A stretch of 64,000 nucleotides of DNA from the human T2T-CHM13v2.0 reference genome, Homo sapiens, in NCBI RefSeq assembly GCF_009914755.1, contig NC_060936.1; one strand, given 5' to 3'. Shown here one piece after another: positions 1-13,184 of the stretch. The notes beneath the pieces were generated by a model. That model saw nothing but the letters and a program-made list of their open reading frames with translations, ran no database searches and had not been told where the DNA came from. Every line of letters begins with the position of its first letter. Within the stretch, counting starts at the first letter, position 1. A program made the translations under genes and the position numbers.

Positions 1-1841
1 GCATTAAAGGGCATTTATTTGATGTCTGAATTTCCTCTGCAACATCTAACAAGGCTCACCTCTGTTTGAACAAAGCATCTCATTCCCTCCTCGGAAAGTG
101 GGGGCTGTAAGATTGAGTCTCTGGTTACTAGGCGAAAAATGTCAGTATTAGATTGGCAAGGTAGGTGTTGGCCCAGCCAAGTCACATGGAATCAGCATCT
201 GGACATGTGACATACTTTAGTTACTAGGATTAGTGTTGAAAAATTTATTTTGTCTTTCCCTCATCTGTTGAGCGTGTTAGCCACTAAAATATAGGAATGT
301 AAACTTCCAACAGAGTTTTCTATTCCACCCTTTGCATTCTTCCCCCAAGGGGAAAGAGTCTACCTTGGACTGGCAGGATTCCAAAAGACAGAGCTTTTCC
401 AAAAGACATTATCGAGCCGTTATTGATGATTAGCAATGATAATAAGCTAATGTTTCTTTATACACTGTCAGGCACTGTGTTAAGCATTTTTAAGGCATTC
501 TTTTATTTACTCCAATGAAAGTGAAATACCACCTACGGATGTGATGAGGACTAAATGAGATAAGACAGAGCACTTAAAACCACGCCTGTCTGGGCATACT
601 GTAAGCCTCAGTGACTACAGCCATGATTGTAATCAGTGACTGTATTTCCTTACTCTTAAAGCAGAGACAGGAGCAAGCTGGTGGAATCGCCCTCAATATT
701 AACTCACATTTTTTACCTGATACCATTTCCAATCTTCTGTGAAATCCTATCCAGACCCTGTACTGACTCCCCTGGCAATTTCAACAAGAAATATTCTACC
801 TTTCACTGCCAATTTGTTTTGGTAGAGGCTGATCTGCAGTCTGAACATAAATGAAAGGGAATCCACCCGCAATAATAAAGAGTGAGCCTGGCCCATCATG
901 ATCAGAGACTGGCCCCTAACATGTTGACACAACGGCTGAACTATTTGAACACTGGAATGAACAAGTTGCAACAACTCCTGCAAGTCTCAGGAACTAATGT
1001 ACGGACAACGACGCGCATTTCACTGACAGAGTCCTGATAATATATTGCAGGAAAACCCACGGGCCAGCCGATAACACTCAGCGTTAATTTGTTTACCCAA
1101 AAATTAGAGGAAGGAGAAGTTGGTGATTTGCAAAAAAAGAAGTTTTGGTAACAAGCGTAACGTTGGTGTGTAATTTTCCTAATTGAATTGCCAAATTTCT
1201 ACCCACCACTGATCTTAATTTATAATAATGCTTCCATCTGTCTCACCTCCAGCATAGGAAATGGGAAGAGGGTGGTCTCTGCCTTAACATGGTAAGAAGA
1301 ATATCTGCAGGTAGTAGGTAATCTTTAAATTACATGTGTGATACTGGGAATTGCATATAAGCAAATAAGGAAGCTCATTACTTTTCCAGATTTCAATTAA
1401 CTGTATATTTGTAAAAATGCTTTCAGTTAGCAACATTTTGAATGGTAAAGGGATTGAAATTTACCTAAAAGAAAACCTTTTATAATGGTTTAGCAAATTT
1501 CAAGATTATCTAGGGCAGTCTGCATGGCCCTCAGATCATAGTGAATTAGTAATTTCTTGTGCAGAAATTGTCAAAAAACAGGAGGAAGTCAGGTGCCTAT
1601 CTAGAAACATAAAAATTGGGAATAACACAAAAAGGAAACCTTGACTTCCTACTAGGTATATTAGGCATTTAATTTAAAACTTCATTTACTTTTTAAAAAT
1701 TAACACAATACATGTTCACAATTCTAAAAACTCAAATACAACAAAACGTTTAATATAAACTTCTTACCCTCTCATTCCCAATTCCATTCCTTACTTTCAA
1801 ACATTTCAGCAGTTTCTTCTATTTATTTCCATATTTGTATA

Positions 1842-1872
<31 letters not shown>
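1842..1872. repeat. (CT)n(AT)n compound microsatellite
   Basis: ctctctctctctctctctc directly followed by tatatatatata. Confidence 0.9.
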
Positions 1873-2579
1873 GCTATTTCTTGATTATTTTGAAAACTTA
1901 CTGACCACTGAATAATGACCTCCTCCAGGTAAAATGAGGATATCTTTCTTTTACATCAACTCCTGTCCCCATAGGCTTAATGTGATTATATAAAAATTTC
2001 TAGTTAAATCAGTAGAACTGGGACAGGCCACAAAGGCTGATCCAAGCCGAGAAATTGGAGAGAATAATGATTTTTTTCTTGGCTAAAGTTGTGTATCCTT
2101 GGAATTACTATCAAAGCAGCAAACATGCAATGCAAAAGATCCACCTAAGCATTAGGCTATATATGTATCAACTCTGGCTCTTAGTACCTCCCTTGCTTCC
2201 TCTCCCAAGGTGCAGCCTGGGTTCAAGGTCCTAGCAGTCCACACATTGTGAGGACTCCTCTAGATCAGACCAAGCAAGGCTCTGAGGTCATTGCTGCTGA
2301 GCTGGCCTTGGTGATGGTGATAAGCATTAGTGCCACGCCAGCACTCCAGAGCTAATACACTATTATAATATACTGATTGGGCTATAATGTACAGTTTTAA
2401 AATTCTGTCTAATTTTTTTTAAATCTATAAATTAAAAAAAATCTTCTTCTTTATGTTGATTTCCTGAATACTAAAAATAGTATAAGGGCAACAATTATTC
2501 TTGGTACTACTTATGTAATTTAATCATTAAAAGCTACATGTAGATCTAGTATCATGACACCAGAAATTTTCCGAAGAAT

Positions 2580-2818
2580 TTTTTTTTTTTTAGTTTGAGA
2601 CAGGGTCTCACTCTGTTGCCCAGGCTGGAGTGTGCAATAGCACAATCATGGCTCACTGCAGTCTTGAATCCTTGGGCTCACGTAATCCTCCCATCTCAGC
2701 CTCCCAAGTAGCTAGGACTATAAGTATGCACTACCATGCCCAGCTAATTTCTAAATTTTTTGTAGAGAAGAGGACTCGCTACGTTGTCTAGGCTAGTCTT
2801 GAACTCCTGGCCTCAAGA
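2580..2818 (-). mobile_element. AluJ-type SINE, 5'-truncated
   Basis: polyT then gagacagggtctcactctgttgcccaggctggag...gaactcctggcctcaag; left arm breaks off at the STR. Confidence 0.9.
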
Positions 2819-2821
2819 GAG

Positions 2822-2868
<47 letters not shown>

Positions 2869-2873
2869 GTCTA
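2822..2873. repeat. (TCTA)11 TCTG TCTA tetranucleotide STR
   Basis: direct count; occupies the tail position of the adjacent Alu monomer. Confidence 0.95.
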
Positions 2874-2990
2874 GTAGAGACAGGGTCTCGCTATGTTGCC
2901 CAGTTTGGTCACAAACTCCTGGCCTCAAGCAATCCTCTTGCTTTGGTCTACCAAAATGCTGGGATTACAGGCATGGGCCACTGTGCCTAA
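2874..2990 (-). mobile_element. Alu left monomer (FLAM-like)
   Basis: gtagagacagggtctcgctatgttgccc...gctgggattacaggcatgggccactgtgcc. Confidence 0.85.
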
Positions 2991-3009
2991 CTTAAAAAAA
3001 AAATAAATA

Positions 3010-3330
3010 AAAATAAAAGTAGACTGTTTTAGAGCAGTTTTAGGTTCATAGCAATACTGGATGAAAGGTACAGAAATTTTCCATATACCTCCTTCTCCTA
3101 CACGTGCATAGCTTCCCCCATCATCAACATCTCCCACCAGAGTGGTACATTTGTTAAAACTGATGAACCTGCACTGGCACATCATGATCCAAAGTCCATA
3201 GTTTACATTAGGTTTCACTCCTAGTGTTGTGCAGTCTATGGGTTTAGATAAATTTATAATGACATACATCTATCATTACAGTATCATACAGAGTAATTTC
3301 ACTGCCCTAGAAATCCTCTGTGATCCACCA
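3010..3330 (-). mobile_element. L1MC-type 3' end fragment
   Basis: ttagagcagttttaggttca...cccaccagagtggtacatttgtt...ccaaagtccatagtttacattagg resembles L1MC 3'UTR. Confidence 0.75.
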
Positions 3331-4244
3331 ACGGTCTTATTATGTTTTTCCACAAAACTGCCTACAATCTTCTTTAAAGCTGTATTTAAAATAGTTAATG
3401 AATTTGACATTTCTGACAACCTTTATTGACTTTTTCTCTGTTGATCATAAAAGCCATAATATTTTTACTGAGAAAATACTCTCATATGTGCTGAGGTATT
3501 TTGTAACTGCAGAGTCAATTCTGCTCAATGAAGGATATTCTTAAGGGGGTTATTGAATTGTATAAATATTTTGGTCTAATTATTTTAAAGGTACTATATC
3601 ATACCCTTTATTCAGAGTGCCTCCTTTTTTTCAAATACATTTTAGGAGACAAAATACATTGAATAAGTTTTTTCTATCTGCAATTATTTCAATGTTTTGC
3701 CAATTTTGATGCTGCAAAAATCATAGGCTTCTTAGTTTTATTTCATTCGCACATGTAATATAAATTACTATTTTAAAGTAGAGGTCCTTGAAAAGATTTT
3801 TCTTGCAAGTTGAGATATTTAAAAACACAGAATTTCAAAATTAAATTTTGTTCACCAGGCAAGTTACCATTGTTTAATTTGTTCTGTTCCTTCCTTGCTT
3901 TTGTAAGAATAAATTATGTCTTTCTATCTGAAAAATTTGTTTTTAATAACTATAATCACTAAAAACTTCGAGAGCCAGTTTGGTGCTCCATTTCTTTTGA
4001 ATATTTTGATTAAAGTTTTTCTAACTATTTTTGAAAATTTAGAGTTCTCATTTTGGTATTATTAAATTTAGACTTCTCATTTGATATTATTATTAAAAAA
4101 TAGTTCTTCAAAGGCTTAAATATTTATAAAATCTAATTTAAGATAAGCAACAAAGAGAGAAAATAGATACTTCCAGAATATAATTTTTTTGTTTAACTTT
4201 CTTAATGTCAGCTTCATATAAACAAATACGTTATGGTTCACTTC

Positions 4245-4410
4245 AAATATATATATATATATATAAATAAATATATATATAACTACTTTATATATTAAAC
4301 TGCTTTATATATATTATATATAAATATATATTATAAATATACAAACTACATATATATGTATATATATGTGCTCAGACCACAGATATGTAACTATATATAA
4401 ATATATAAAC
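4245..4410. repeat. TA-rich low-complexity tract
   Basis: interrupted (TA)n runs. Confidence 0.85.
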
Positions 4411-4511
4411 TACTTAATATGTGTATGTTAAACTATTTGTAAGTTTTGACAACTATAGCTTTGATTTTCCTGCTGCTTATTTAAAAGCAACTATGGATTA
4501 TGTATGCACTA

Positions 4512-5650
4512 TAATAGGCTTTGGCTCCGTGTCTCCACCCAAATCTCATCTTGAATTGTAAGTCAAGAATTGGGGTTTGAGAACCTCCACCTAAATTTCA
4601 GAACATGTATGGAAATGCCTGGATACCCAGGCAGAAGTGTGCTGCAGGGGCGAGGCCCTCATGGAGAACCTCTGCTAGGGCAGTGCAGAAGGGAAATGTG
4701 GGGTCAGAGCCCCCACACAGAGTCCCTACTGGCGCACCACCTAGTGAAGCTATAAGAAGAGGGCCACCATCCTGCAGACCCCAGAATAGTAGATCCACCG
4801 ACAGCTCTCACCGTACACCTGGAAAAGCCACAGACACTTAATGCCAGTCCATGAAAGCAGCCAGGAGGGAGGCTATACCCTGCAAAGCCACAGGGGCAGA
4901 GCTGCCCAAGACTATGGGAACCTAACTCTTGCATCAGTGTGACCTGGATGTGAGACATGGAGTGAAAGGAGATCATTTTGGAGCTTTAAAATTTGACTTC
5001 CCCACTGGATTTTGGACTTACATGGGCCCTGTAATCCCTTTGTTGTGGCCAACTTCTCCCATTTGGAACTGCTGTATTTACCCAATACCTGTACCCCCAT
5101 TGTATCTAGGAAGTAACCAGCTTGCTTTTGATGTTACAGGCTCATAGGCAGAAAGGACTTGCCTTGTTTCAGATGAGACTTTGGACTGTGGACTTTTGGG
5201 TTAATGCTGAAATGAGTTAAGACTCTGGGGGACTGTTGGGAAGGATGATTGGTTTTGAAATATGAGGACATGAGATTTGGAGGGGCCAGGGTGAAATAGT
5301 ATGATTTGGCTCTGTGTCCCCACCCAAATCTCATCTTGAATTGTACTCCCATAATTCCCATGTGTTGTGGGAGGGAGGCTGTGGAAGATAATTTGAATCA
5401 TGGGGGCGGTTTCCCCCATACTGTTCTCATGGTAGTGAATAAGTCTCGTGAGATCTGATGGTTATATCAGGTGTTTCCACTTTTGCATCTTCCTCATTTT
5501 TCTCTTGCCGCTACCACATAAGAAGTGCCTTTTGCCTCCCGCCATGATTCTGATGCCTCCCCAGCCATGTGGAAGTATAAGTCCAATGAAACCTTTTTCT
5601 TCCCAGTCTCAGGTGTGTCTTTATCAGCAGCATGAAAATGAACTAATACA
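4512..5650 (+). mobile_element. THE1 (THE1A-like) MaLR element with internal deletion
   Basis: ~50-bp 5' LTR stub joined to distal THE1-int (4561-5296); complete 354-bp 3' LTR (5297-5650, ends aactaataca); 5-bp TSD CACTA at 4507-4511 and 5651-5655. Confidence 0.92.
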
Positions 5651-6374
5651 CACTATAACTAATTCCAGGTAAATTTCTGCTCTATGAGTTTCATTATTTG
5701 CTTTGCCAAATTTCATATCACATTATTACTGCAGAAGCAAACATTGTATCTTCAATGTGGAACCTTTTAATTGATTTTACAATAATATTCCTAATAATAT
5801 TTGGCATTTTGCCTTTAATATTATAAAATGCAATTCCAAATGGTTCATTTTGATTGCATGAAAGAAACCTTTCTATTATTGGAATTCACTAATTTTTGTT
5901 TAACATTCAATGACATTGATATAAAATTGGCATAATTGAACTCTAGGAAGTTTATATTCTGCTAATGAAACCAATACTTAAAAAAACTTTCATCTTTAAC
6001 ATGTATAAAAAAGATTTGAAATTATAAATTAGCAAAATTAACTTACTAGTCGTTTGATCTAAATGAAGTCATGCATCATGGAGTGATAGGCAAATGCACT
6101 TTCTTTAGTAGCACATGTTAAATTGTCATCTTCCAGTACAGTTTGGTTTAATTAATAACTTTTGAAATAGATGCTGATATTTATTAGATTTGTGTCTTCT
6201 GGCTGTCATGTGATTAATGGTATTACTATGGCTTCTATGATAAGAAAAAAAAAGGTGATAGTGTGGATTAGTGTTCAGTCCACATTTACTTTCTCCCCTG
6301 ATGGATGCTGGATTATTCATATGACATGCGTTAGCCAATGGAATGTGGCAAACCTGACAGGAGTCAAATATTTA

Positions 6375-6770
<396 letters not shown>

Positions 6771-7411
6771 TCAGCCAAACCTCAATCTGCAGACTCTTGA
6801 GGATAAATATAAATGCCTGTTTGCGAAGCCACTGTGTTTCAAAATCGTTTATACACAACATTCTGGTGACAATGCTAATACAGATGGGAAATGTTGACAA
6901 ACATTTTATGCAAGTTAGCTATTCATCCCCTCAAGTTTTCTGAAAAATGGAAATTAGGCACATCATTTTTAATTAAACATAAACTTTTCTTAGTTTAGTT
7001 GTCTAGGGCTAAAAGAGCTTATTGCAAAATAAAAAAAAATATTATCTAACAACAAGATAAATAGTTTTAGATTTCTGAAATAAACTAAATGACAAAACCA
7101 CTGTAGGAAATGTATTAAGACCACTCTTTATGTGCTCTTCACATAAGTGCAGACTCTACTGCCCACTCATATTTGGCCTACCCTTAACCTATATTTCCCA
7201 CATTGCCACTGCCTTACCTCCTGGGGACTTCACACATCTTGCAGAAACAGAACAACTAGGTGTTACACAGTGGCTAGCAGAGTCCTGGCATTCAATATTA
7301 CCTCTGACTAAAAAATGTGAGTGTCAGAGTGCATTTCCTTTTCTTGTCAGCAAGAAATGCTGTCCTCTGAAGGAAAAAAAATAGTTATATTGCATCAAAA
7401 AGGGTAAAGGC

Positions 7412-7694
7412 AGCAGGATCACTTGAGGCCAGGAGTTCAAGACCAGCCTGGCAACATAGTGAGACCCTGTCTCTACTAAATGAATGAATAAATAAATAAA
7501 TAAAATAAAGCAGGCATGGTGATGCATACCTGTAGTCTTAGCTACTCAGGAGGCTGAGGCAGAAGGATGGCTTTAGCCCCGGAGTTTGAGGTTACAGAGA
7601 GCTACAGTCACACCACTGCACTCCAGCCTGGGCAACAGAGTAAGACCTTGTCTCTAAAAAAAAAAATTAAAGACAAAAATTTAAAAAAAAAAAA
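7412..7694 (+). mobile_element. AluJ-type SINE, 5'-truncated
   Basis: begins gcaggatcacttgaggccaggag; A tail; flanked by repeated aaaaagggtaa (TSD). Confidence 0.9.
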
Positions 7695-7994
7695 AGGGTA
7701 AGGAAGAGAAAGATGGGTAATTGCTGGTGGTCATTCAGGTTTAACCATGTATTAAAGTGAGTATACTGGTTATTACAAATGCATCTCATGTGCTTTAGAT
7801 GAAACTTTTAGCAGCAGCTGCAACTACAAAATAGAGGCCTATAAGACCATCATGGATTATTTTAATGCAACTAATAATCATAATTTGTTAAGAACTGATA
7901 AATACCAGACAAATAAAAAGGCAAATATGATTCTAGGACAAGTGTATGTTGGGATCATCCCAGGCAAACCATGATGGATGGTCAACCTATTTAT

Positions 7995-9350
7995 ATGTGA
8001 CCTGTTTTTTCTCTCTGGATGCCTTTAGAATCCTATCTTTGGCTCTGGTGATCCGGATGGTCATGATAATATACTTGGTGTGTATCTTGTTTTTGTTTGT
8101 TCTATTATGTAAGGGCTCATGATCGTCATTTAAAAAAATTATCTGATAAATTCTTTCCCTCTGTTTTTTCTGGTCTCTCTAGGATTCATCCTTGTCATAA
8201 CTCATGGATACATCTCTTGGACTGATCCTCAGATTTTCTTTTCTTTCATAATGTTTTCATATGTTTGTACTGTTTTACTTTCTGGGAGATCTTCTCGATT
8301 TTATTCTGCAAGTGTTTAATTGAATGTTTTAGTTCAGCTAGCATATTTTAAATTTCCTATGTTCATTCCTGTTCTGATGATTGCCTTTTTATAAAGCATT
8401 CTTTCTCTCTCTGAGGACATTAATTATGATGTTGTAACGATTTTTTCTACTTTCTGCACTATTTCTGTATTCTATGATTTCTCTGTTTATTTGGTTTGGT
8501 TCCTTATGTTTTTCTCTCAAACTTCTGGAGGTATATGTTGTCTCCCTGAATCTGTGAGGGACTAAATAGCTACCTGGACATACTCTGTGTGTGAAAGAGG
8601 TTTTTAACTGGTCAACTTTACAGTAGGCTAATCTGGCAGGGATCCAGTATTTTGCTCTGGGAAACCAAATTTTCAGTATCTGTAGATACTTTTTCTTGGA
8701 CAGGATACTCTAATTTCCCACCTAAGCAGTATAATCTTGATGTCTAGCATCTTGAAATACAATCAGAGAAGGAGGTTCATTTTTACTTTTCCATGTATCA
8801 ACCTGTATGTAATGCTTCATTTTTGCACCATTTTACAGGAGGACATCACATTTGCCTGATCTTGTGTGCCTGATCTCTCTGACTCCGGAGTCTCTTATAA
8901 GGTATTCAGAAAATGAGCATTGTATCTCTTGCAGAGTGAGTAAGGAATAGTCACTTGATGTTTAGGGGTAAAGGAAAGGATTTGGTATCTGGTTCTTCAG
9001 CAGATTCTCAACAAGTTTCCAGTACTGCCTGCTGTAGTACCTAATGCTTCTAATGTCTGAGCCTCTCCAAGTTTTGCAATATGAATTAGCTACTTCTTGT
9101 TGGGTTTATCCTCTATAATCTAAAGTTTCAACTCTTTCCCTATTTTAATCAGTATTATGGTCACAGTTTAAATCAGTTATCACCCTTCCGGTTTCTAAAA
9201 TTAGATTGACATCTATATTTGCTTTTTTTCTCATTTCCCCTCCTTCTTTATGGATTTATAGATTATTTATTCTTTTATTTAACTTTGGTGAGGGTTTGGC
9301 AGGGAGCAAAGATAAATACACATGTTCACTCTGCCATGTTTAAGGGGAAG
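7995..9350 (-). mobile_element. ancient L1ME/HAL1-like fragment
   Basis: T-rich tract with ttttctctctggatgcctttagaat... typical of antisense old L1 5'/ORF1 region. Confidence 0.5.
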
Positions 9351-9381
9351 TTTGTGCTAGTCTACTGCATTTAATCATTAG

Positions 9382-10030
9382 CAAGGTTGCCAGATTTAGC
9401 TAATAAGAATACAGGAGGTCTCAGTATAATTGTTTATTGCTGCCATAACAAATTTCCACAAATTTAGTGGCTTAAACACAGCACACACTTATTTTCTTAC
9501 AGTTCTGGAGGTCAGAAGTCCAAAATCAGTTTCACTGGACTCAAGCTGAGGTATTTGCAATGCTGGTTTCTTTAGGAGGTGCTGAGAGGAGAATTCATCT
9601 CCTTGCCTTTTCCAGCTTCTAGGGGCCACCTGTATTCTTTGGCTTGTGGCTCCTTGCCCCATCTTCAAAGAGTATCATTGTAATCTCTGCTTCTATCATC
9701 ACATCATCTTCTATGACTCCTCCCGCAACTTCCGTCTCATAAGGACACTTGTGATTATACTGGGCCCACCAGACAATTTTGAATAATATCCCCACTGCAA
9801 GATCCTTAGCTTAATCATTTCTGCAAGTCCCTTTGGCCATATAAAGTAACATTTACAGGTTCTGGGGATTAGACATAGACATATTTGGGGCTATTATTGA
9901 GCCTACCATGCTCAGTTAAACTGGAATTTCAGATAAATGACAAATATACATGGGGCATAATTATACTAAAAATTCTTCTGTTTTTATGAAATTTAAATTT
10001 GACTGGACATAGTATTTTATTTGAAAACCT
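9382..10030. mobile_element. MER53-like hAT element split by an MLT1 LTR
   Basis: aggttgccagatttagc...aatacagg | cagttaaactggaatttcagataaa...tattttatttgaaaacct. Confidence 0.7.
9424..9908 (-). mobile_element. MLT1D-like solo LTR (MaLR)
   Basis: ttgctgccataacaaatt...ttacagttctggaggtcagaagtcc...ctattattgagcctacca. Confidence 0.85.
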
Positions 10031-10280
10031 ATGCTTAGAACAAACTTACGGAATAGTTGGTATTTACAGCTTAGCAGTAAAAAAGTTGACATTGGAAAGG
10101 TTAAATAACATGCCCAAGTTCACACATACTTTAGTGGTAGGAGAAAGTTTTAAATCTAAATCTGTTTGACCTCAAAGTTCATGCTTATTTCATCCATCTT
10201 TTCTTTGTTTCTTCCTGTATTTCTTTTTTTTCTCTCTCTCTCCCTCCCTTCTTTTCTTCTTTCATTTTTTAAATTATGCT

Positions 10281-10644
10281 TGCTGTAGACTGAATGTTTG
10301 TGTCCCTTCAAATTCATACGTTGAATCCTAACCCCCAATGTGATGGTATTTGAAGGTAGGGCCCTTGGGAGGTGATTAGGTCATGAGAATGGAGACCTCA
10401 TGATGGGATTAGTGACCTTATAAAAGAGATCCCAGAGAGCCCCCCTTGTCCCTCCTGCCATGTGAAGTTACAACAAGAATATGGCAGTCTGTGAACCAGA
10501 AAGTGGAACCTCACCAGACACTGAATCTGCTGGTTCCTTGATTCCGGACTTCTCAGCCTCAAAAACTGGGAGAAATAAATTTCTGTGGTTTATAAGCCAC
10601 CAAGTATAGGTATTTTATAATAGCAGCCCCAACGGACTAAGATA
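10281..10644 (+). mobile_element. MLT1A-like solo LTR (MaLR)
   Basis: tgctgtagactgaatgtttgtgtccc...aataaatttctgtggtttataagccacc...ggactaagata. Confidence 0.88.
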
Positions 10645-11158
10645 ATACTAATACTTAAATACATTCTCCCTGTAAGATATAAACAGCTGCCCATACTTCT
10701 CTGACCACACAAGTTTGAATCTGAAACTTATGTTTCAGATCCAGTTTAGTTTCCATGAATTGATGAAACATTAACAAAGTAAGAATTTCATATGGCTTAA
10801 CATATATATCACTTGGCATACACAGAGAACGAAGTGCTCTGATTAATAAAATACTATAGTTAATAGAAAATCAAATATAAATCATAAAAGGAGAACCGCT
10901 TTCCAAATATCTAGACAAAAACACATGATATTTAGGAGTATTTTTATATGGAGAATAATTTTTTCTTGGTGATCCAAGAGATATTTTAGGATCATAGAGG
11001 AACTCTGTATTTTTATTCCGAATATTAGTATGTTATAGATGTGCCAATGTAATGATAAGAGTAAACAGAGTATTCTATTAAACTCCAGTGAATACTAGAA
11101 TTTCTTATATTAAAATTATTAGGATCTCATGTGTTCTGGTGATTTCTACTGTGTATAT

Positions 11159-11372
11159 CAGAGGCAGCAAATATGTTCTATACTAGATAGTAAGTAATTT
11201 CAGCTTCGTGTGCCTAACAGCCTGTTGCATTTACTCAGCTCTTCATTTTATACTAGAAAACAGCTATAGATAATATACAAGCAAATTAGAGAAGCTGTGT
11301 TCCAATAAAACTTTATTGAGAAAATGGGCAGTTGGCTGGATTTGACCTGAGGGCTATAGTTTGTTGATCCCT
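11159..11372. mobile_element. MER58A-like hAT element
   Basis: gctgtgttccaataaaactttatt...ggctggatttgacc...tagtttgttgatccct. Confidence 0.75.
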
Positions 11373-11559
11373 AATTTATATGCGGATGGTCCTTAAATTT
11401 CTACCACATTTTCTAACATTTCTCTTTAATGATATAGTTATATTTCTAACATTGGCACCTTAAGCCTAAAAGATCTAAAACAAAAATCAGAATATTATTT
11501 CTAAATCAGATGGCTGTACTACCAAATCTATTTCTCTTATAATTTCTCTTTCATCTTTT

Positions 11560-12040
11560 GTTCTCCAAAGTTCACTTCTCTTCTTTGCTTTCCAACTCTT
11601 CCAATCAGTTCTTAATTTTCTCATTTCTACTTTCAAGATATGTTTCATATCTGTCTTTTTCCTTCATTTCCTTTGTTACTGTCTTAGTTCAGGTTTTCAT
11701 TAACTTGTCTGGACTCTTACTGTGGTCTCACATGTAGCATCTCTACTTCTGTAACCTTTCTGGTTCTTCATAGCTACCCCTGCCTGTTTAATCTTCCCAT
11801 AGCATAGGACTGAACATAACACTTCTTAGTTCAGGAGACATCATAAGCTCCCGATTGTCCCAAAGCAATGTTCAGTCTTTCATAATCTGGATCCACTCAA
11901 CTTCACCAAATATTATTTCTCATTTGACTTCCTTATAAGCTCAATTCCAGCTGAGGTAGACAACTTACTTTATCTTTCACGTAAACTCTGTGCTTTCCAT
12001 TCTTCCTATCTTATATATTTTCTTGTGTTATTTGCCTATT
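11560..12040 (+). mobile_element. L2 fragment
   Basis: pyrimidine-rich ccaatcagtt...tctactttcaagatatg...atctgtc pattern of L2 3' region. Confidence 0.5.
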
Positions 12041-12044
12041 TGTC

Positions 12045-12558
12045 TAGAACTGCACTGGCCAATATGGTAGATATTAGCCATACAGTTCCTCAGTAGAATT
12101 AGCTACACATCAGGTGCCCAACAGCTACCACACTACCTCACTAGTATGGTAGATACTAGCCAGATGTAGCTACTGGAAAGATAAGATCCTCTTCTAGACA
12201 GAAAAGATATAGAACACTTTTTTTTTTTAAACAGAGCCTCCCTCTGTCACCTAGGTTGGAGTGCAGTGGCACAGTTTTGGCTCACTGTAAGCTCTGCCTC
12301 CCAGATTCAACTGATTCTCCAGCCTTAGCCTCCTGAGTAGCTGGGAACATAGGCGTGTGCCACCACGCCTGGCTAATTCTTGTATTTTTAGTAGAGACAA
12401 GGTTTCACCATGTTGGCCAGGCTGTTCTCAAAACTCCGGGACTCAAACAATCCACCCACCTCAGCCTCCCAAAGTGCTGGGATTACAGGCATGAGCCACT
12501 GCACCCAGCAGAACATTTTCATTACTGTAGAAAGATTTATTCAATAGCACTGCCCTAG
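12045..12558. mobile_element. MER3-like hAT element containing an Alu
   Basis: ccaatatggtag...tagcca motifs; gatatagaaca|agaacattttcattactgtagaaag split by Alu. Confidence 0.65.
12218..12509 (-). mobile_element. AluS-type SINE
   Basis: polyT...ggtttcaccatgttggccagg...ggattacaggcatgagccactgcacccagc; agaaca(c/t)ttt TSD. Confidence 0.95.
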
Positions 12559-13184
12559 AACTTCCTCCTCACATTGCCTCACATTTAATCCTGTGTGATT
12601 TCTATTGCCTAGAAATACTACCCTTATTTCTGGTATGCTATGGCACACCACCCCTTTCTGTCATAGCATTTTATTGATGTTGGGCTTATGGTGTTACTAC
12701 CTCCGATCCTGGAATAGAGTGACTTAAAAATATGCTATGCTCTGTATAGACTGCTATTTTCATTTGTTTCTTTATTAAATTTCTTTGTTAACAATTAATC
12801 CCAATCCATTATATAGTAGGTATTCAAAAAAGAATTTGACAAGCCTCATTGAAATATTCTTTAAAGTTTCGTATATATGAAAACATTTCTCTAACAAAGA
12901 GTAATGACTTTGCTTCATAAATTTACCAGTTGGAATTAGCATGAAATTTGGGACAGGGAAACTGTTTGTAGGAATATTATATTTTAGAAAGCCTAATGAT
13001 AAATCGACATGATTTCCATCAATTTATTTTCACTGGTTTTGGCAGGCAGCATAGTGTAATGAAAAGAAGATGGATGTGGGTACCAGACTACCCTACTTTA
13101 GAATCCTGTTTCATCGATTACTGAGCCAGCTTAGCCAAGTGACTTAATTTCTCAGAGCTTCATGGAGATGGTAATAGCTACCCG

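Noticed and set aside
4570-5147. Overlapping ORFs in THE1 internal region
   Set aside because: Fragments of decayed MaLR internal sequence; no intact ORF.
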